Below, piece by piece: positions 28,215 to 33,300 of a stretch of 33,300 nt of DNA; position 1 is the first letter of the stretch, and the number at the start of each line of letters is the position of its first letter. The position numbers were made by a program, and so were the translations under genes. The notes under the pieces are model-generated. The model was not told the origin of the DNA. It ran no database searches and saw only the letters and a program-made list of their open reading frames with translations. Source of the stretch: Firmicutes bacterium UBA2595 (lineage in GTDB: Bacteria > Bacillota > Thermincolia > Thermincolales > UBA2595); the NCBI GenBank assembly GCA_002339745.1, contig DDKP01000154.1:4329-37628 (forward strand), given 5' to 3'.

Positions 28215-28889
28215 GTGTCAGGTTTCCAGGAGTTAGATATCGTACTGAGAATTATTCTGTCAGGCATACTTGGCGGTTTGATCGGCTTGGAACGAGAGAG
28301 CCTCAACAAGTCGGCCGGGTTTCGGACCCATATTCTGGTGTGCGTTGGATCGGCGCTGATAATGCTCGTTTCCCAGGACATATACAACATATACCAGAAT
28401 AAGGCTGCCCTTGACCCTGCTAGAATTGCAGCCCAGGTTGTTAGTGGGATAGGTTTTCTCGGGGCAGGAACGATTATGAGGGAGGGAGCCACCGTAAAGG
28501 GGCTGACCACTGCCGCCAGCCTGTGGGTAGTTGCCGGTGTCGGTCTGGCTGTTGGGGCTGGGTTGTATTTTGCGGCCCTGGTAACCACGGGAGTGGTTTT
28601 TATAACCCTCATCTACCTGGGCAAAGTCGAACGAATGGTAGCCGGGCTGGCCAATGTCCTGGTGCTGCTGGTTACCGCGGATAACAGGCCCGGACAGCTG
28701 GGGCGGGTTGGTTCATATCTGGGGGAACATGGAATACTTATACTCAATATCCAGATGAAACAAATGAGTGATGACAGAAAGGTTATGTTTGAAATCGATA
28801 TCAAGGTTCCACCTGGTCTTGACCTTAACCGGTTAATGTACGAACTGTCAGATGTGCCTGGAGTCCATCATGTCGAATGGGGAGAATAA
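28215..28889 (+). CDS. mgtC: MgtC/SapB family membrane protein with a C-terminal ACT-like domain
   Basis: GTG follows AAGGGGGAG. It shows GGLIGLERE, GFRTHILVCVGSALIM and AQVVSGIGFLGAGTI. The soluble C-terminal domain is about 80 aa. Confidence 0.85.
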   Translation: MSGFQELDIVLRIILSGILGGLIGLERESLNKSAGFRTHILVCVGSALIMLVSQDIYNIYQNKAALDPARIAAQVVSGIGFLGAGTIMREGATVKGLTTAASLWVVAGVGLAVGAGLYFAALVTTGVVFITLIYLGKVERMVAGLANVLVLLVTADNRPGQLGRVGSYLGEHGILILNIQMKQMSDDRKVMFEIDIKVPPGLDLNRLMYELSDVPGVHHVEWGE

Positions 28890-28892
28890 TAA

Positions 28893-31800
28893 TTGAATTT
28901 CGGGGGGAAACGCTTGGCAACAATTCTACCAGAGCCAAATCCGGAACGGCGCCCAGCCGTTCTACATTTTTGCAATTATATAGAAAAATCATCACTTCCG
29001 GAAGATTTCAAGGAGGCCATGCGCCAGGCAGTCGTAGAGAAGGTGGAAATAAGCACTTCGGAAAAAAAGTGGTGTATCCATTTAGTCCTTAACAGGCTTG
29101 TCAGCAAAAGGCTCGTTGACGAATTCGCGCACGAAATGACCCGGGAGATTATGGGACTCCAAGAGGTGAATTTCGGCCTGCGTTACAGCTTGCCGGCCTT
29201 TACGCCGGACGAAATCATACATAATTACTGGGATGACATTGTTTATACCATTGCCAGGAAACATCCCGTAATCTCGGGGTGGCTCGCTTCAGCGGCCAGG
29301 AAAATGCAGGGAGACTGCCTGCAGATTTTTGTCAAAAGCGGGGTTGGTGAAGACCTGATTAACCAGCGCCAGGTAACGGGGCAAATATCCGATATTCTAC
29401 GACGGGAATTTGGGTTGGAGGTCCGGGTGAGTATCCACGCTCTCGAAGAGGAAGAGTGTGAGTATGTCCAGTGGATCTCCCGGCAGGAGGAAGAATACCT
29501 CAGGACTCTGACTGCCAGCCAGCCGCAGGCGGATTCCGGCAACAATAAGGAAGTACAGGAGGTTACAAGTGCTCTTCACCGGCAACCTGCAGGAAAGCGG
29601 TATCGCAAAAAAAGCTCAGGTTGCGAACCGGGGGCCCTGATGGGCAGGTTTATCACTGAACCTCCGGTGGCGATTGAAAACGTAATTGAGGAAGATAAAA
29701 GCATTGTGGTTGAGGGTTGTGTCCTAAAGCTGGATATCCGGCGTTTGAAGAGCGGGCGCAGCCTGATAAGTTTTGACATTTCCGATTATACGGATAGCAT
29801 TAACGTAAAGTTGTTCGAGGATGAGAAAGACGAAGATCGGATTTACTCAGCCCTGAAGCAGGGGATGTGGGTAAAGGTCCGGGGACCCGCACAGCAGGAC
29901 AGGTATTCCCAGGAACTGACTGTCATGGCCAGGGATATTAATATTGTGGAACCTGCGGCCAGGTTAGACAATGCCCCGGAGAAGAGGGTAGAGCTTCATC
30001 TTCACACCAAGATGAGCGCTATGGACGGAGTTACCGGGGTAAGGGAGGTAATCAGCCAAGCTGCCAGATGGGGTCATCCGGCTGTGGCCATTACTGACCA
30101 CGGAGTGGTTCAGGCATTTCCTGACGCTTATGAGGCAGCCAGGAAATTCGGAGTCAAAATAATCTACGGGATGGAAGGATATCTAATAGATGACGGCGTG
30201 CCAATAGTAATTAAACCACGCCAGGGACGGCTCCTTGATGAGGAATTTGTGGTTTTTGATCTGGAAACCACCGGCCTGTCCTCCACTGTCAACGAAATCA
30301 TTGAAATTGCGGCGGTGAAAATAAAAAACGGGCAGGTAACGGATAGTTTTTCCAGGCTTGTGAGGCCGCAAAGAGATATACCTGGCGAGGTTCAGCGCCT
30401 GACGGGAATACTGCCGGAAATGGTTGCCCGGGCTGAAGGGATTGATCTGGTCCTGCCCCAATTCATGGGATTTGTGGGGCCTGCTGTTCTGGTAGCACAT
30501 AACGCCCAGTTTGATACGGGGTTTATCAGGGTCAACCTGAAGCGGGCCGGGCTGGAACTGGAGAACCCGGTGATAGACACCCTGGGCCTGGCCAGGGCCC
30601 TACTGCCAAAACTGAAAAGTCATAAGCTGAAAAACCTGGCCGAAGAGTTTGGCGTGTCCCAGGGAACGCATCACCGTGCTCTTGATGACGCTCAGGCCAC
30701 GGCAGAAATTTTTAACAAGATGCTCGGGCTGCTGGCTGAAAGGGGAATAAACAGTCTCGCGGAAATAAATGGACTAATTAAACATATTAACCTCGACAAG
30801 CTGAAGAGCCATCATGTTGTTTTACTGGCGGAAAATCAGTTGGGCCTGCGAAACCTATATGAACTGGTCACTTTGTCACATCTTAACTACTTTTACCGAC
30901 ACCCCAGAATTCCCAAGAGCGAACTGCTGAAAAGGCGGGAGGGTTTAATTATTGGTTCAGCCTGCGAAGCCGGGGAGCTTATCAGCGCCTACCTGGACCA
31001 AGCAGAGAAGGAAAAACTTAAAGAGATTGCTTCTTTCTATGACTATCTGGAAATACAGCCAACAGTCAATAATGATTTTCTGATCCGTGAAGGACGGGTG
31101 GATGGGATTGAAGCACTAAGGCAGATGAACAGGGATATTGTAGAACTGGGAGAAGAACTGAACAAGCCGGTGGTGGCGACCGGTGACGTTCACTTCCTGG
31201 AGCCCGCGGACGCCCTTTTCAGACAGGTTTTGTTGGCCGGCCAGGGTTATGAGGATGTAAATAACCAGGCGCCTTTATACTTCAGGACCACCGAAGAGAT
31301 GCTGGAGGAATTCTCTTACCTTGGCCGGGAAAAGGCGTGGGAGGTGGTAGTCGGTAATCCGCGTTTAATTGCCGACCGGATCCAGGAAGTCAAGCCGATG
31401 CCTGACGAATTTTTCCCGCCCAAAATCGAAGGCGCCGAGAAACAGATAGCGGATATGACATGGGCGAGGGCTATAAACATTTATGGTGATCCTCTACCTG
31501 ACCTTGTCAAAAAAAGAATTGAAAAAGAACTCCACTCAATTATAAACAACGGTTTTGCGGTCCTGTACCTCATTGCCCATAATCTGGTGAAGAAGTCAAA
31601 TGAAGACGGATACCTGGTTGGTTCCAGAGGTTCGGTCGGATCTTCCCTTGTGGCCACATTGACCGGGATAACCGAAGTTAACCCGCTGCCTGCTCACTAT
31701 GTTTGCCCAGGATGCAAAAACAGCGAGTTTGTCGAAGACGGTTCATACGGCTGCGGGGCCGACCTGCCGGATAAACACTGCCCGAAATGCGGCGCTGTAT

Positions 31801-33287
31801 ATAGAAAAGACGGATTCGATATTCCATTTGAAGTTTTTTTAGGTTTTGAAGGAGATAAAGTCCCCGATATAGACCTCAATTTTTCCGGCGAATACCAGCC
31901 CAGGGCTCATAAATACATCGAGGAGCTTTTCGGCCGGGGGCATGTTTTCAGGGCCGGAACGATAACCACCGTTGCGGACAAAACGGCTTACGGGTTTGTG
32001 CAGAAATTCCTGGAGGAACGTGGGCTTTCCAAACGCAGGCCTGAAACCGAGCGCATGGTGGAAGGGTGTACCGGGGTAAAACGAACTACCGGTCAGCACC
32101 CCGGCGGAGTCATGGTCATACCCCGTGACATGGATGTTTACCAATTTACTCCGCTCCAGTATCCTGCTGATGACAAAAAGTCGGGGATAGTCACAACCCA
32201 CTTTGATTATCATTCAATCTCCGGCCGCATAGTAAAGCTGGATATCCTGGGACATGATGATCCGACAGTAATTAAGATGCTAGAAGACCTGACAGGGGTC
32301 GACGCCAGGATGATTCCCCTTGATGAACCGGAGACAATGAAATTATTTTCTGGAGTAGAGGTACTGGGGGTTACCCCTGATCAGATCCGTTCCAACGTTG
32401 GGAGTTACGGTATTCCGGAGTTTGGGACAAAGTTTGTCAGGCAGATGCTGGAAGAAACAAGACCTGCAACTTTTTCTGAACTGGTCAGAATATCCGGCTT
32501 TTCCCACGGGACAGATGTTTGGCTGAACAATGCCCAGACCCTGATCCGGGAAGGAATATGTAAATTGTCCGAAGCCATTTCCACCAGGGACGACATAATG
32601 ATTTTCCTTATTCAGAAGGGGCTTGAACCAAAACTGGCTTTCAAAATCATGGAGGGAGTGCGCAAAGGTAAGGGAATTAAGCCGGAGGACGAAAAATGTA
32701 TGGTCGAAAAAAATATCCCTGACTGGTATCTCCGTTCTTGCCAGAAGATTAAATACATGTTCCCAAAGGCGCACGCAGTGGCTTATGTTATGATGGCTTA
32801 CCGGATAGCCTATTTTAAGGTGCACTATCCGGAGGCTTTCTATGCCACCTATTTTACAGTCAGGGCAGATGAATTCGATGCTGACCTGGTTGTCCAGGGC
32901 AGCGGAGAAATCAGGCGGAAAATAGAAGAAATAGAAGGTAAGGGAAATGACGCAACGGCCAAAGACAAAAACCTTCTCACTATCCTGGAGGTGGCTTTGG
33001 AAATGTATGAACGCGGTATTAAAATGCTCCGCGTTAACCTAGAACAGTCTCACGCCAAGAAGTTCCTCATCACGGGAAGCGGGCTGTTGCTGCCGCCTTT
33101 TGCAGCCCTTCAGGGATTGGGTGAAACAGCCGCCAGGAACATTACCAGGGCGCGCAAGCAAAGGATGTTCACCTCTGTTGAGGATTTGAGAAACCGGGCC
33201 CGGGTCAGTAAACCGGTGATTGAAATTTTACAGAACCACGGTTGCCTGCAGGGCCTCCCGGAAACGGACCAACTGGTATTGTTTTAG
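28893..33287 (+). CDS. polC: DNA polymerase III alpha subunit, PolC type
   Basis: 1464 aa. It has an OB-fold region and a PHP motif (VELHLHTKMSAMDG). The DEDDh exonuclease shows FVVFDLETTGL, AHNAQFD and HRALDDA. It has a Zn finger (CPGCKNSEF...CPKCG) and a polymerase core. The TTG start at 28893 is tentative. Confidence 0.97.
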   Translation: MNFGGKRLATILPEPNPERRPAVLHFCNYIEKSSLPEDFKEAMRQAVVEKVEISTSEKKWCIHLVLNRLVSKRLVDEFAHEMTREIMGLQEVNFGLRYSLPAFTPDEIIHNYWDDIVYTIARKHPVISGWLASAARKMQGDCLQIFVKSGVGEDLINQRQVTGQISDILRREFGLEVRVSIHALEEEECEYVQWISRQEEEYLRTLTASQPQADSGNNKEVQEVTSALHRQPAGKRYRKKSSGCEPGALMGRFITEPPVAIENVIEEDKSIVVEGCVLKLDIRRLKSGRSLISFDISDYTDSINVKLFEDEKDEDRIYSALKQGMWVKVRGPAQQDRYSQELTVMARDINIVEPAARLDNAPEKRVELHLHTKMSAMDGVTGVREVISQAARWGHPAVAITDHGVVQAFPDAYEAARKFGVKIIYGMEGYLIDDGVPIVIKPRQGRLLDEEFVVFDLETTGLSSTVNEIIEIAAVKIKNGQVTDSFSRLVRPQRDIPGEVQRLTGILPEMVARAEGIDLVLPQFMGFVGPAVLVAHNAQFDTGFIRVNLKRAGLELENPVIDTLGLARALLPKLKSHKLKNLAEEFGVSQGTHHRALDDAQATAEIFNKMLGLLAERGINSLAEINGLIKHINLDKLKSHHVVLLAENQLGLRNLYELVTLSHLNYFYRHPRIPKSELLKRREGLIIGSACEAGELISAYLDQAEKEKLKEIASFYDYLEIQPTVNNDFLIREGRVDGIEALRQMNRDIVELGEELNKPVVATGDVHFLEPADALFRQVLLAGQGYEDVNNQAPLYFRTTEEMLEEFSYLGREKAWEVVVGNPRLIADRIQEVKPMPDEFFPPKIEGAEKQIADMTWARAINIYGDPLPDLVKKRIEKELHSIINNGFAVLYLIAHNLVKKSNEDGYLVGSRGSVGSSLVATLTGITEVNPLPAHYVCPGCKNSEFVEDGSYGCGADLPDKHCPKCGAVYRKDGFDIPFEVFLGFEGDKVPDIDLNFSGEYQPRAHKYIEELFGRGHVFRAGTITTVADKTAYGFVQKFLEERGLSKRRPETERMVEGCTGVKRTTGQHPGGVMVIPRDMDVYQFTPLQYPADDKKSGIVTTHFDYHSISGRIVKLDILGHDDPTVIKMLEDLTGVDARMIPLDEPETMKLFSGVEVLGVTPDQIRSNVGSYGIPEFGTKFVRQMLEETRPATFSELVRISGFSHGTDVWLNNAQTLIREGICKLSEAISTRDDIMIFLIQKGLEPKLAFKIMEGVRKGKGIKPEDEKCMVEKNIPDWYLRSCQKIKYMFPKAHAVAYVMMAYRIAYFKVHYPEAFYATYFTVRADEFDADLVVQGSGEIRRKIEEIEGKGNDATAKDKNLLTILEVALEMYERGIKMLRVNLEQSHAKKFLITGSGLLLPPFAALQGLGETAARNITRARKQRMFTSVEDLRNRARVSKPVIEILQNHGCLQGLPETDQLVLF

Positions 33288-33300
33288 AAAAGCTTATTAT

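Noticed and set aside
28019-28612. 197-aa minus-strand ORF opposite the GT2 and mgtC genes
   Set aside because: It is an antisense shadow of the MgtC and GT2 coding sequences, with an Ala/Pro/Thr/Arg-rich translation and no family resemblance.
28877-29092. 71-aa ORF overlapping the mgtC end and the polC start
   Set aside because: It is out of frame with the conserved PolC N-terminus, has no RBS, and gives a Gly/Arg-rich shadow translation.

Overview
All credible genes in this window are on the plus strand. It looks like a chromosomal core segment of a PolC-type Gram-positive bacterium (Bacillota). Gene content and a YtvI-like permease suggest a spore-forming Clostridia or Peptococcaceae-like organism, but that taxonomic guess is low confidence. 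Positions 1-15520 hold the distal part of a large fla/che motility operon: fliR (3' fragment), flhB, flhA, flhF, flhG, a PilZ/YcgR-like c-di-GMP receptor, cheB, cheA, cheW, cheC, cheD, a small membrane ORF, fliA/sigD, a DUF342/FapA-like gene and three small uncharacterised ORFs. Most of these genes abut or overlap, and I found no intrinsic terminator among them. Positions 15521-33287 hold the housekeeping block rpsB-tsf | pyrH-frr-(PASTA-like ORF)-ferredoxin | uppS-cdsA-(YtvI/AI-2E permease)-dxr-rseP-ispG-proS-(GT2)-(MgtC)-polC. From memory, the backbone order flhB...cheD-sigD-swrB then rpsB-tsf-pyrH-frr-uppS-cdsA-dxr-rasP-proS-polC matches Bacillus subtilis 168, so departures from it read as lineage-specific insertions. 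I recognised no tRNA, rRNA, CRISPR array, IS or transposase, phage gene or known defence gene. Minus-strand ORFs look like antisense shadows. I see no clear novel system such as a defence island. The least understood and most promising stretch is the conserved-looking but functionally undefined gene set around fliA (11024-11476 and 12308-15520). Secondary points are a structured rpsB leader, a PASTA-like plus ferredoxin cassette between frr and uppS, a degenerate first CheC active site, and a GT2 plus MgtC pair between proS and polC. Several ORF-track starts appear over-extended and are re-called here from RBS position and conserved N-termini.
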